DNA of 64,000 nucleotides, from assembly GCA_964016885.1 (NCBI GenBank), contig OZ024743.1, positions 196,168,001 to 196,232,000 on the forward strand, in the 5' to 3' direction. Of the stretch, positions 28,081 through 42,092 are shown piece after piece (within the stretch, counting starts at the first letter, position 1; every line of letters starts with the position of its first letter). The stretch comes from Eledone cirrhosa. Taxonomy: Eukaryota. The notes beneath the pieces were generated by a model, which saw nothing but the letters and a program-made list of their open reading frames with translations, was not told the origin of the DNA and did not search any database. The position numbers and the translations under genes are program-made.

Positions 28081-28305
28081 TCTCTCTTACTATCTCTCTC
28101 AGAATTAGTTGATCTTAAATAAGTCATGTCTTGGCTTTTATTTGAATTCTAGAAAAGCAGTCACTAAACGTTGGCAAACATAGTTAACTAGACAATATAT
28201 AACAACATAGTTTCAATCAGTGCCTTGTTTAAATCACTCTGTAGACAAATTCCTATGATAAATTCCACTGTACCTAGATAACTATACAAGATGACTCTTT
28301 GAGGC

Positions 28306-28399
28306 AAGTGACATATACAAATAGTTGAAGTAAAAACAATTTATATATATATACATATATATATATTGCTTTTACTTCAACTATTTGTATATGTCACTT
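28306..28399. repeat. 35-bp inverted repeat around a (TA)n spacer
   Basis: aagtgacatatacaaatagttgaagtaaaa... / ...ttttacttcaactatttgtatatgtcactt. Confidence 0.85.
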
Positions 28400-28408
28400 A
28401 TATGATTG

Positions 28409-28440
<32 letters not shown>

Positions 28441-28932
28441 CATATATGTATGTATATTTATATTTATAAGTATACCTGGTGCTATTAAGTTAGACACGGC
28501 CTAGGCCAACTCTGGCCTAAACTTATCAAAGTTATATATGTATTTCTAGCGAAAGCAGACAGACTCTACCACTACCATTATCACTACCATCATTATTGCC
28601 ACCGCCTCCAACTCCACCACCATTGCTACACAACCACCACCACCATCAGATTTATAGACACATAAATTTGTAGTATGAAGGACGTATGGCGATGTCATGG
28701 CTGGTATTGTTGATAATATTACAACTAGTGTAAGTTTACTTGTATTCTCTTTTGTTTCCTTACCTCTCAACCGTTTCTTTTTCTCCCACAGTCTTTTTCT
28801 ATTATACATGTGTGTACAAAGACACATATATTTATATATATATACATACATATATATACATATATATGCGTGTGTGGGGGAAGGGGGCGTGCGTTTGTGT
28901 GTACATACATACATAAATACATACATACATAC

Positions 28933-29625
28933 AAGCAGCTGTCGAAAGTTGTCATCTGGGTACTATCTACCTATGAGGCATCATAGGTATGCAATCTGTA
29001 GAAAAGGTAGCCACGACAATAAACACATTAAAAGTCACAGCAATGTGGAAGACATATACATACATAATATGAAAGAATAGTGGTGGAATTTTCCCGTCAC
29101 AACCCCGATAAAAGACCAGATATAGTGATGTGAAAACAGGGAAAATAGGCATGCACAGTAGTGGAAGTTAACTGCCCAGCAGATGCGAATATAATATTAA
29201 AGATTAGCGAAAAGAAGAATATATATGCAGAACTAATGAGAAATCTGCAGATTCTCTACCCTGACTATACGCTCAGATTTATACCTGTGATTATTGGTGC
29301 TTTGGGATATGTTACTATCTGCCACAGTACAAATCTTGAACACGACTAGTTAGGAAGTTACAAGTACAATCCATTAAAGGAATTGTAAAATTAGATAAAA
29401 CATTCCAAACACTCTGCATGTAATAACTGCATGTACACATGTACAGATGCACATGCACACATATAACTCAAACCATACACATCCACAATACATCCATAGC
29501 TAAACATACACGCGCACTCATGCAGACATACATACATATTTACCTAGATCATGTTGTCTAAATTAATTCCAATGAAAGTCCTGTGTCTATGATAGGAACC
29601 GACTCCTCTCTATTGGTAAACATCC
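28933..29625 (+). mobile_element. Degenerate R4/Dong-like RLE retrotransposon 3' end and 3' UTR
   Basis: SSCRKLSSGYYLPMRH, PDIV, VEVNCPADAN, IPVIIGALGYV. UTR block 29560-29625 has an inverted homologue at ~16810-16875. Confidence 0.75.
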
Positions 29626-30117
29626 CGTGGACCCCTATTTACTTATAATAGAGACATATGTGGAGGCAGTGACTATACCAGCATTGCTAAAGTATTTTGT
29701 AGCGTTAAAGTTTATGCTTTAATGCAAGACAAAGAAGGGAACAAAGAAAACAAGAAGTGAAAAAAAAATAGCCAACAACAATTAAGAAAATATATATATG
29801 TCTAGCCGAGATATTAGTCTACTTGAGGCTTTGACAAATTATTCTCAACCAAGTTAGCGGACCATGTTGTTGCGGAGAGAACATTTGAACTGCATAAAAC
29901 TCCAGAAGATAGCTATTACCATATTAGGAAACTTTAGCGATCAATTCCAGTGGGAGTTAGTGATCTGTGATAGCAGAAATTTTGTCTGATTAAAAACATT
30001 AAACTAAAAACACCATTACTAATTGCCAAATGAATGTATGTTTATATATACATACGTATATATAAACATATACATTCATTTGGTAATTAGTAACGGTGTC
30101 TTTTAGTTTTTATATAC

Positions 30118-30186
<69 letters not shown>

Positions 30187-31389
30187 CATAAATATACATA
30201 TATATACATACATATACATATATATACATATATATACATATATATATATATATATGTATTTCCTTGCGTACCGTTTTGTACCACAGATGCGATCTCACTC
30301 TGCCTCGTTAATGTTCAATCGACACCAAAGTTCTACGTTCGGGGCAATAGAATTGAATCCAACCACCGACAACATAGTTGGATGACCGATAATCACACCA
30401 AACCGGAGTACTGTGATCCTTGTGATTTCGAGATATACAACCACTGACACTGTTACGAAGACCAGAAAACCATACTCCATAATATTGAACCAAGTGATTG
30501 ATTTGTGCGACCAAAATAACACCACACATATATTGAACTAGGAATATTGGATCCTCCGTCAATGTCTGGGTGAGCAAAAATAGATTTCTATCTGCATTGG
30601 AATTTACGAACTTGTGCATCTGCTGTGGTGTCAAAAACAAACGCACATGACCTCACAGATGAACAATGGACTATGCCACGTGGGTTGAACCTGCAAGTGA
30701 ATTGAAGGATGTGTAACTCTGATATACAGATTATTTATTATTAAGATGTATAAACTTGACATAACTATTATCATCTTATATTCTCTCAACTAATCACATT
30801 TGATCATATTTCTCTATCCCGTTTTCTCCCCCATATTTATAATATTTTTATTTGAAAAAAATCGGTTTTTTTACATTATGTTTTTCCCTTTCTAATACTT
30901 GCTTATATTTCTTTATATATTCTCTATATATTTTTTTATATATATATTTTTTTATCTTTATTCTTATTTCCACTTTTATCCTCCTTTATATTTTACCTTG
31001 TTCTTACTTTTATACCTTATTATAGTGTAATCTTCTCCATGCCTTATTATACATTATTAATTATAGATTATTATTATTACTCTTTTTCCATTTCTAATTA
31101 CCTCATGTACTTTCTCCTCCGTTATATATATATTGTATGCCCTTTGTGTGTGTGTAGCCTCTGCACACCCTCTGCACCCTACTATCGAGGCCACCCCATC
31201 TATGGCTCAACTAACCACTCGACTCCCGGGAATGAATATAACCACAGCTAGTAAACAAGGACTCACACCCCACCCTCCCGCACCAAAATTAGACTTTTCG
31301 TCCCCTGCCTTTGCTCTTTACTCTCTTTTCTCTTTGTTCTTGAATGTTTGGTTGGTAGAGTCCATAACACCAATCAAACCCCTTTTATA

Positions 31390-31434
31390 GCTCTGACGAA
31401 TCCTACCGTTACGTAAGGAAGAAAGATTGTAAGC
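31390..31434 (+). ncRNA. Minimal type I hammerhead motif (partly decayed)
   Basis: gct CTGACGA a tcct...agga a GAAA gattg TA agc. Confidence 0.6.
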
Positions 31435-31556
31435 CAATAAAAAAATTTTGATGTTGTAGACGCTCTTGTGTGCTTTATCATATATATGTATATGTATCTA
31501 TATATATATATGTATGTACATGTATATATAAGTATATATATATATGTATATGTATG

Positions 31557-31653
<97 letters not shown>

Positions 31654-31699
31654 CGTAAAATAAGAAAATTATAAAATTAACTTACCTACTAAAATATCA

Positions 31700-31779
31700 C
31701 TTCCAACTAATTAGTTTCTGAAATGGAATAAATATGCTTTCCGAAGAAAACATAGAGAATCATTTCGTCGTCAGGGAAG
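31700..31779 (-). ncRNA. Type I hammerhead ribozyme, extended stem II (522-bp family)
   Basis: Reverse complement of 32739-32818. Confidence 0.82.
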
Positions 31780-32221
31780 ACTATTCTCAGCTAAGTATCC
31801 AGGCAAAGCGTGGAATCTGGAAACTTATTCAAAAATAATTCAGTGGATAGAAAATAGCAAAGCGTGGACTGAATTCCTAGCCATTGAGAAAATCACTGCC
31901 TCTGCGTCGGTGGCAAATTCAAAAAGAATCAATCACGTGACATCGAGGTCAATCAGTGGAAAGTGGTTTGCTAATAAGACAGCGGCCTGCCTGCTACCAT
32001 AGCAGCAGTCTTGGCCAATATTGCTCGACAAATAATTTGGAGATAATTATAAAGAATGAATATCTAGTAACATATATATACATACAGATGCATATCAATG
32101 CTAGCAAATATATAGGTTTTGTCTTAGTAACTTTGTGGTTCAATGCATGGGGTTGCAGAACAATAATATGAGAGAGGTAAAATAAGAAAATTATAAAATT
32201 AACTTACTTACTAAAATATCA

Positions 32222-32301
32222 CTTCCAACTAATTAGTTTCTGAAATGGAATAAATATACTTTCCGAAGAAAACATAGAGAATCATTTCGTCGTCAGGGAA
32301 G
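32222..32301 (-). ncRNA. Type I hammerhead ribozyme, extended stem II (522-bp family)
   Basis: Tandem copy 522 bp from 31700. Confidence 0.8.
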
Positions 32302-32738
32302 ACTATTCTCAGCTAAGTATCCAGGCATAGCGTGTACTCTGGAAACTTATTCAAAAATAATTCAGTGGATAGAAAATAGCAAAGCGTGGACTGAATTCCT
32401 AGCTATATATTTGCTAGCATTGATATGCATCTGTATGTATATATATGTTACTAGATATTAATTCTTTATAATTATCTCCAAATTATTTGTCGAGCAATAT
32501 TGGCCAAGACTGCTGCTATGGTAGCAGGCAGGCCGCTGTCTTATTAGCAAACCACTTTCCACTGATTGACCTCGAAGTCACGTGATTGATTCTTTTTGAA
32601 TTTGCCACCGACGCAGAGGCAGTGATTTTCTCAATGGCTCGGAATTCAGTACACGCTTTGCTATTTTCTATCCACTGAATTATTTTTGAATAAGTTTCCA
32701 GAGTCCACGCTTTGCCTGGATACTTAGCTGAGAATAGT

Positions 32739-32818
32739 CTTCCCTGACGACGAAATGATTCTCTATGTTTTCTTCGGAAAGCATATTTATTCCATTTCAG
32801 AAACTAATTAGTTGGAAG
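32739..32818 (+). ncRNA. Type I hammerhead ribozyme, extended stem II (522-bp family)
   Basis: cttcc CTGACGA c gaaatg..tatgttttc-ttcg-gaaagcata..catttc a GAAA ctaattag TT ggaag. Palindromic stem III ACTAATTAGT. Confidence 0.85.
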
Positions 32819-32985
32819 TGATAATTTAGTAAGTAAGTTAACTTTATAATTTTCTTATTTTACGTCTCTCATATTATTGTTCTGCAACCCCATGCATTGA
32901 ACCACAAAGTTACTAAGACAAAACCTATATATTTGCTAGCATTGATATGCATCTGTATGTATATATATGTTACTAGATATTAATT

Positions 32986-33052
<67 letters not shown>

Positions 33053-33062
33053 AAAAAGTATG

Positions 33063-33159
33063 ACCCCGACGGCAGAGCTAAAGCCGTTTCGACGGCTATT
33101 TCTGGACTAAATTAGAATGTTTAGCCTGGTGAATAAATCGCCGAACTTCTCAAGGGGGT
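33063..33159 (-). ncRNA. Hammerhead ribozyme, U3-A8 variant (second Naiad subfamily)
   Basis: cccc TTGAGAA gttcggcga...tagccgtc GAAA cggc-tttagctct-gccg TC gggg. Stem II has mismatches. The opposite-arm copy (35920-36016) has a mutated core. Confidence 0.7.
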
Positions 33160-33829
33160 ACTTCCTTATATGGGAAGATTGTAGTTGTCAAGAGAATTGG
33201 TTAAAATTTGTTGTAAACACAAATAAGTCTCTCGTGGCATTTGGTCGGAGGTAGGGGTGGCTGAACTTGCCTGTAGAACAATAGGGGATTGAGTGGAGCG
33301 GTCAAGCGTTGAAAGTGATATGTATACAGCAGATTCTAAGGATAGTGTATGAAGTGGAGGAGGGAGGTTATAGAATAGGTAAATCGAATGAGAGTAGGAG
33401 ACAATAAAAGATAATAGAACAAATAAAAAATTAGATAGTGAGAACTGAATAAAAATAATCACAATGCTATCTTACAATTACAGGTTAAGAAGTTGAGAAT
33501 AGAAAAGATTTGTAGAAATTGAGTAGTAACAAAACTAATACAAAATTGAAGGGGTTTAACACATCTGCTATAAGTAGTTGGTAAAACGTATTCGGCCAAT
33601 TCTATCTTAAAATTACAGGGGTGGGGGAACTGAAGCTACAGAGGCCCGATGGGCTGCATTCGGGGTAGGCGAAAGGGGAAAGCAGACGAGGAAGACAATA
33701 GGGGGTGGAAGGAAGTAGTAGGATGAGACAGGGGGAAGAAGAAGATAAAGAGGAAAAGAAAAGAGATACATCTACCTATGTAAGCTGGGGTTTCCCCTAA
33801 CTTATTCGGCAAGTGTGTGTGAGGTGTCG

Positions 33830-34813
33830 TTATGAAATTTGAGGGCAAAGTAAGTCCTATGCAATCTGTGTTTGCATGCGGTTACCAGTTCGTCTTTCTT
33901 GTTTAGGAGTTGGTCCTTCGAAAACACCATTTGTAATGTTTCCTCCGATCATAAGTTACACGGACGGCGTCCTCCCGTGTAAGAGTTAGCTCTGGACAGT
34001 AAGCTCCAAGTGAGATTGTAGGTTATATTATTATCTTGGAGGTCCCAGATATGGCCCGAAAGTGTAGTGGCATGTCGCCGGACTGGGTTTCAGAAAGTTA
34101 TGTCGGTGTTGGTAGAACCGGGTCTTGAAAATACACGCGGTTAATCCTATATAAGCTTTGTTGGAGGTGTCCGTCCTCACGTTGCACTGGTAGATCACGT
34201 TAAGTTCTCGGCATTTGTTGTTGAGGGGGCACATAGATCTATCAGGGCAGTTACACCTCCTGGTCGGCTCTTCACTGATGTCTAGGTTATTTCTTCCATA
34301 GGGGTTGAGTTTTTTGTTGTTTGAGGAGACGATGTTTTGTGCAAAGTTAGTTGTGGTACTGTAGGAGAGTTTGATGGTGTTTTTGTTGATTATGTTGTGG
34401 TAGCGGTGTTGTAGTGGGAAGTGTTTTTCGGGGAGTCTAAAGAAGATTTTCCTGACAGGTGTTGCCACCTCGGCATTATGGCGAGGATTGAACCACAGTA
34501 CGTTGCGTGAGCGGCGGTGTCGCTTACTGGTTCCGCTCAGGGAAGCTGGATAAAAGGATATTTCCTCCCGGAAGCCACTCCGCTTGAGGTCCTGGTTGTA
34601 ATGAGGCGCGTGTTCGTCGAATATCTGCTCATTAGCGGACAAACGAGATATGCGGAGGGAGATGTTTTTAACCAGGTTATTAGTGATGTTTCTAGGATGG
34701 TTAGAGCGGCGGTGGATGTAGTGCAGGTTGTCGTTTGGTTTCCTGTATGGGTAGTACAGATCATTTTCGAGGTTAAGGGTAACGTCCAGGAAATTGACTC
34801 GGGTTAGGGACGT
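33830..34813 (-). pseudogene. Naiad RT thumb / GIY-YIG fragment, frameshifted
   Basis: FLDVTLNL..SNHP..WFNP..CNCPDRSMCPL..YIGLT, frameshift near 34090. Confidence 0.88.
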
Positions 34814-36107
34814 CAACAACAAATGCCGAGAACGTAACGTGATCTACCAGTGCAACGTAGGGACGGACACCTCCAACAAAGCTTATATAGAATTAACCGC
34901 GTGTGACTTCAAGACTTGGATCTACCAACACTGACATAACTTTCTGTGAAACCCAGTCCGGCGACATGCCACTACACATTCGGGCCACATCTGGGACCTC
35001 CAAGATAATAATATAACCTACAATCTCACTTAGAGCTTACTGTCCAGAGCTTACTCTTACACGGGAGGACGCCGTCCGTGTAACTTATGCTCGGAGGAAA
35101 CATTACAAATGGTGTTTTCGAAGGACCAACTCCTAAACAAGAAAGACGAACTGGTAACCGCATGCAAAAACAGATTGCGTAGGACTTACCTCGCCCTCAA
35201 ACCCCATAACGACCCGGTGGGTCGCTAAGGGCTGATACCCCCCCCACACACACACACACACACTTGCCGAATAAGTTAGGGGAAACCCGAGCTTACATAG
35301 GTAAATGTATCTCTTTTCTTTTCCTCTTTATCTTCTTCCCCCTGCCTCATCCTATCACTTCTTTCCACCCCTATTTTCTTCCTTGTCTGCTTTCCCCTTT
35401 CGCCTACCGCGATGCAGCCCATCGGGTCTCTGTAGCATCAGTTCCCCCACGCCTGTAATTTTAAGATAGAATTGGCCGAATACGTTTTACTAACTACTTA
35501 TAGCAGATGTGTTAAACCCCTTTAATTTTGTATTAGCTTTGTTACTACTCAATTTCTACGAGTTTTTTCTATTCTCAACTTATTAATCTGTAATTGTAAG
35601 ATATCATTGTGATTTTTTATTCAGTTCTCACTATCTAATTTTATATTTTTTTTATTTCTTTCTATTATCTTTTATTGTCTCCTACTCTCATTCGATTTAC
35701 CTATTCTATAACCTCCCTCCTCCACTTCATACACTATCCTTAGAATCTGCTGTATACATATCACTTTCAACGCTTGCCCGCTCCACTCACTCCCCTATTG
35801 TTCTACAGGCAATTTCAGCCACCCCTACCTCCCACCAAATGCCATGATAGACTTATTTGTGTTTACAACAAGTTTTAACCAATCCTCTTGACAACTACAA
35901 TCTTTCCATATAAGGAAGTACCCCCTTAACAAGTTCGGCTATTTATTCACCAGGCTAAAAATTCTAATTTAGTCCGGAAATACCCGTCAAAACGGCTTTA
36001 GCTCTGCCGTCGGGGTCATACTTTTTCCTATTTCCCACTCTACTACCCTAAGTATTGAGTACTCTGGTGCGTTATGGTCCATCTGGTTTCTTACCACACT
36101 TCCTTTG

Positions 36108-36154
<47 letters not shown>

Positions 36155-36215
36155 TATGTATATATAAAGTAATTAAGTCAAATATTTAAAATGTGGCTTA
36201 GTTTGTTAAAGATGT

Positions 36216-36270
36216 ACTGCTATATATATTTCGGTGACAGCCATCATTGGCTGTGACCTCTTCAGGCAGT
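36216..36270 (-). ncRNA. Type I hammerhead ribozyme (Neptune pLTR)
   Basis: actgc CTGAAGA ggtcacagcca-atga-tggctgtcacc GAAA tatata TA gcagt. Palindromic stem III ATATATAT. Confidence 0.88.
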
Positions 36271-36715
36271 CAGAATTGGTGTGGTATATATATATATATA
36301 CAGGTAACCCATTTTTAAAACAAACTAAAACTCACACACCACATGCACAACAAATAACAAAAAAAGTAACAAAACGTCGAACATACCCCCAGCAAAACTA
36401 TAACGATAATCCCAGAAACCATAGACAAAACTATAACCCTACTAACAAAAACCAAAGATCCCCGAACACAAGGCAGGACCTGATCCGCAGATCACAACCC
36501 ACACAAAACCTATTTCAAAACCGTTGACCCCTGCCCACACAAAGGAACAAAATCTACAACCAGGACTATCAACAAACCGAACCTCAATACGTCCGAAACT
36601 TCTATACAAGACCACACAACAACAGGGGAAATACCATTAGATATAATAATACCATTGAAAAAACATTCCAGAAAAATCATTTTTTAGACCAAGGCTACAG
36701 GACTCACGACACCCG

Positions 36716-38986
36716 GTGGCACAAACCGATTTTGAAAAACCGAAAATAATTAACCTTTCAAATACAAACCTCTCAGCCCAACAAGTAAAAATTCTCTCCA
36801 AAGGACTGAAATTCACACCAACACCACGATACTCTAACCCCAATGAGATAAATGACGATATCTCACACTTCTGTAGAAAATTACGTCTCACAGAGGAATT
36901 CTTTGACAAGGAGAATAACGACGAATCAATTGTACGGAATAAAAGCAGCTACAACCCAACAAAAGGTAGAAACAGAGTTCTGGACAAATTTTGTGACCAC
37001 ATAGCTACCTTCCCATACCATGAACTACCGCAACCTAAACCCAAACCCAACACGAGTCGAAGGGAATGGGAGATTATCCATGAACTAAAAAACAATACGG
37101 ACATTATAATTAAGGAAGCGGACAAGGGAAGTACTGTTGTCATTATGGAGGCTGAAAAATATAAAAATTCTATGTTCTCTCTCTTACAAAATACTAATTA
37201 CTATGAAAGAGTAAAAAACTACCAGCAATCAAAAATAATGACCAGATTAAACACACTGATTTATCGATACCAGGAAGACCTAACTAAAAAGGAACGCGAT
37301 TATTTAACAAATTTTTAATACAAAACCAGCAACCTTTACGGACTTCCGAAGATCCACAAGTGTAAAATAATCAACGATGCCTGTAAACAATCCACCTCAG
37401 CCTGTGTGAACACACAATACCCCCACAGACCTTAAATTAAGACCAATTGTAGCGGGCCCACAATGTGAAACACACAGACTGAGCAACTTTATAGACATAC
37501 TACTAAAACCAATTCTGAAACACATACCAAGCCTTGTAAGAGACGATCTGGACCTCTTAAACCACCTCCCCAAACATGTCAACAACGACACTATTATTGT
37601 ATCTTTCGATGTAGTGAATCTCTACACAACGATCCCACACCAATACGGATTAGAAGCAATAGGATTCTGGCTAGAGAAATATCCCAATGAGATACCTGAC
37701 AGAATAGAAAAAAGCTTCATCACCGAGGGATTAAAATTCATCTTACAGAACAACTTTTTTGATTTCGATGGCAATACTTACAAGCAAATATCGGGGACTG
37801 CGATGGGTACAAAAGCCGCTCCAACTTATGCCAACTTAGTCATGGCATACTTAGAAGTCCAGATATATGAACAGTCCAAATCAAAATACGGATTGAACTT
37901 CCACAAATATTTATCAGAGAATTAAAAACGCTACTTTGATTATTGCCTTATTCTTTGGTCCCACACACTCGACCAACTGAAGGATTTCAAAAACTTAATA
38001 AACGGCATCAATAACCACATCCAATTCACAATGGAATTCAGCCAAGATCAACTCCCATTTCTGGACATCTTAATCTTAAAAAAAGACATAAATATCGAAA
38101 CTCACATACACTACAAACCAACAGATTCCAAACAATATCTGCTATTCACCTCCAACCATCCAAAGCACACGAAGACGAACATTCCTTTTAACCTAGCAAG
38201 AAGAATTTGCACAATTGTCTCCAATTATGAAACGCGAAATAAAAGACTTCAAGAATTAAAGGAAATTCTACTCGAGAGAGAGTACCCACTATTACTAATA
38301 AATAAGGGAATAGAAAGGGCTAAAGGAATAGGCATTGATGAATTACGGAAACAGAAACAAATTCGAGGTACGTCCAATATTCTATCATATATCTCAACAC
38401 ACAACCCAAGAAATACGGAAGCTTACAAAACTATTCACAAGAACATCCCACTACTAAAACAAAACCCAAGAATGAAAAAAGCCCTTGAAACACAAAATAA
38501 TCAAAAGCAAAAGACAACCAAAATCACTGAAAACATTACTTACCAATGCGAAAATTACCTACCACAAACCCACAACCAAGTATCAAAAAATGTGGTCGCT
38601 TTAATTGTGGAACCTGCACTCACCTCATTGAAGGCAACACGTATACATTTAAATCAGGACAAAATTTTACTGTAAAAAATCACTTCACTTGCTCATCTAA
38701 AAATCTAATTTATGCCATTAAATGTAAAGGATGCAATGAAGATTATATAGGACAAACTAAACTCACACTCAGAAACAAAATGACAGTTCATCGCCAACAA
38801 TTACGAGATCCAACCACGAGACAGATACCACTAAGTGCACATCTAGACATTTGCGCAAGTAATAAGACACCCAAATTCCAAGTCTTCCCATTTTACCTTT
38901 GCGCTAACAATACAACAGAACAAATACGAATAAATAAGGAAAATATGTTTATTCAAAAATATAGACCAGCATTAAATATGGTTTAA
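36716..38986 (+). pseudogene. PLE RT / GIY-YIG (Neptune-type), with stops and frameshifts
   Basis: INLS..LSKGLKFTPTP, ADKGST, YGLPKIHK, SFDVVNLYT, GTAMGTKAAPTYANL, LPFLD, CGRFNCGTC, NLIYAIKCKGC..YIGQT. Stops at ~37316 and ~37923. Catalytic motif reads YFDY. Confidence 0.9.
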
Positions 38987-39462
38987 TATACATTATGTCA
39001 ACACCATAATATAACATACACACACACACATAACACCTTCTACTTTAGAAAAGAAAAACCCGAACTAAATAAACCTTAACATACGTTTGCACTGACAATA
39101 CAACAGAACAAATACGAATAAGTAAGGAAAATATGTTGATTCAAAAATATTCCTACTAAAGGAATCATTTTCCTACACACACACACACACAAACACAATA
39201 TATATATATATATTCTCTTCATCTTAACATGCTAACCATACTCCCACACACATAACACCCATACACACACATAACAACCCTCACACCCACAACTCCCTCC
39301 CCCATTTCTACTAATAGAACCACTTTCCTACACACATATATACACACACACAAAATATATATTCTCTCCATCTTAACATACTCGCACACACACACATAAC
39401 ACCCATATACACACACACACAACTCCCTCCCCCATTTCTACTAATAGAATCATCTTCCAATA

Positions 39463-40215
<753 letters not shown>

Positions 40216-40566
40216 CTCATATATGAAAAAACAACCTGTGACAACCCCCCCCCCCCCTTCTTATTTGAAGAACTATTGTAACGCGAACTGGCGCGAAATT
40301 TATTATAATTATTGACAAACCAATCAAATTACTTCTCGAAAAACATTCAGAGACCAACCAGATGTGAGAAAAACCACAGACCCTCCATCTCAACTCACCT
40401 TTTGAAAAGGAGAAGAACTGCGAAACCGGTAAAGGAACCAAATAAATATATATATTTTTTTATAAAATAAGACTCCAGTTGCATTTTCGATTTTATCTCT
40501 TTTTCTTTATACTTTCACTCGTGTAGGACACCTCGGTTATTTTTCAATTTGTATAAAAAACCTCAC

Positions 40567-40621
<55 letters not shown>

Positions 40622-40664
40622 ACATCAATTCGGACTGCCTGAAGAGGTCACATATATATATGTG

Positions 40665-40788
<124 letters not shown>

Positions 40789-40939
40789 TTATTTATATAT
40801 ATATATATATTTATTTATATATATATATATATATGTATATCAAAATTAAATAACACCGTTACTAATTACCAAATGAATGTTTATGTTTATATATGAAAAT
40901 ATACATATATGTATATACACATGTACATACAGATACATG

Positions 40940-41225
40940 TGGAAGCACGTGGCCTAGTGCTAAGGGTGTTGTTCTTATGATCATAATGTCGTGGGTTCGA
41001 TTCCTGGGTTGCGTGTTCTGTTCTTGAGCAAAACACTTCATTTCAGGTTGGTCCAGTATACTCACCTGAAAATGTGTACCAGCAATAGCTGGAGGTTTAA
41101 CCATTCGATAGACTTTGTGTCCTGTCCAGGGGGAATTCTTGTACTCTCAGTCGCTTCACGCCATGAGACTGGGATAAGCTTCGGCCAAATGAGCCTTCTT
41201 GCTTAAGACAGACTTTAGACTTTTA
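40940..41225 (+). mobile_element. tRNA-derived SINE with Meta-type central domain
   Basis: A box tggcctagtgc, B box ggttcgattcc, cttgagcaaaacactt core, agtcgcttca..gggataagct, (gacttt) tail. Confidence 0.75.
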
Positions 41226-41406
41226 GACTTAGACATACATATAGATATAGATATATATAGATATATATGTACATACATATACATATATATATATACATAT
41301 ATATAAATACATATACTTATATATATATATACACATACATATACATATATATGTATATATAAATATACATATTAATATATATATATATACGTATATATAC
41401 GTTTAA

Positions 41407-41469
<63 letters not shown>

Positions 41470-41774
41470 AGTGTGTGTGTGTGTGACATTTAAACGTCAG
41501 TATATATATGCGCTTGTATTATCCTGTACGCTTGTACGTGTAAGTGTGTGTAAACAAACATATCTTTCTACGTTCCTAAAGCCATAAACACATATCCCCG
41601 TGATTTCTTCTGTCTTTTTGTTTTGTTTCGTTTTCCTATTTTTTTTTTATTATAATTTTCTTAGAAATAGATGTAATTTGTAAAAAATAGTACTTATATC
41701 TATATCGATATCTACATATCTCTCTATATGTAAAGATATATGGGGCTGAGTGTGTTTGTGATATATAATCTTTA

Positions 41775-41927
41775 AATAATTGTTTCTACTTTTAGCACAA
41801 GGCCAACAATTATCCCAGTGCATTACTGGTACTTTATTTTATCGACCCCGTAAGGATGAAAGGCAAAGTTAACCTCAGCGGGATTTGAACTCAAACCATA
41901 AAGCTGCAAAACATGGAGTCCGACCCT
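41775..41927 (-). mobile_element. Nin-type tRNA SINE (partial)
   Basis: Nin core and B box. Confidence 0.82.
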
Positions 41928-41994
41928 CAATGTTCATACGTATGTATACATTCATCCTCGCACACACACACATATATATATGTACACAAACACA

Positions 41995-42055
<61 letters not shown>

Positions 42056-42056
42056 G

Positions 42057-42087
<31 letters not shown>

Positions 42088-42092
<5 letters not shown>

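Larger units (their letters stand above)
31646..32989. mobile_element. Non-coding 522-bp tandem unit with HHR (retrozyme-like): ~1.45 copies on minus, then ~1.1 inverted copies on plus
   Basis: 31646-31881 repeats at 32168-32403. 32404-32989 is the reverse complement. (TA)n on both sides. Diverged relative at 53090-53560. Confidence 0.88.
33051..36108. mobile_element. Naiad-type PLE fold-back: truncated minus copy (33051-34813) joined head-to-head to a shorter plus copy (34814-36108) with tail
   Basis: The ORF at 34031-34822 is closely similar to the C-terminal part of 9800-11836. 34814-36030 is the reverse complement of ~33051-34222. pLTRs at both ends. Confidence 0.92.

Noticed and set aside
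29560-29625. HHR-like pattern in the R4-like 3' UTR (also ~16815-16875)
   Set aside because: The core reads ccaatga in both copies and no consistent stem I or III is present.
30270-30720. Complex sequence resembling coding DNA, perhaps a LINE APE domain start
   Set aside because: Multiple stops and motifs too decayed to assign.
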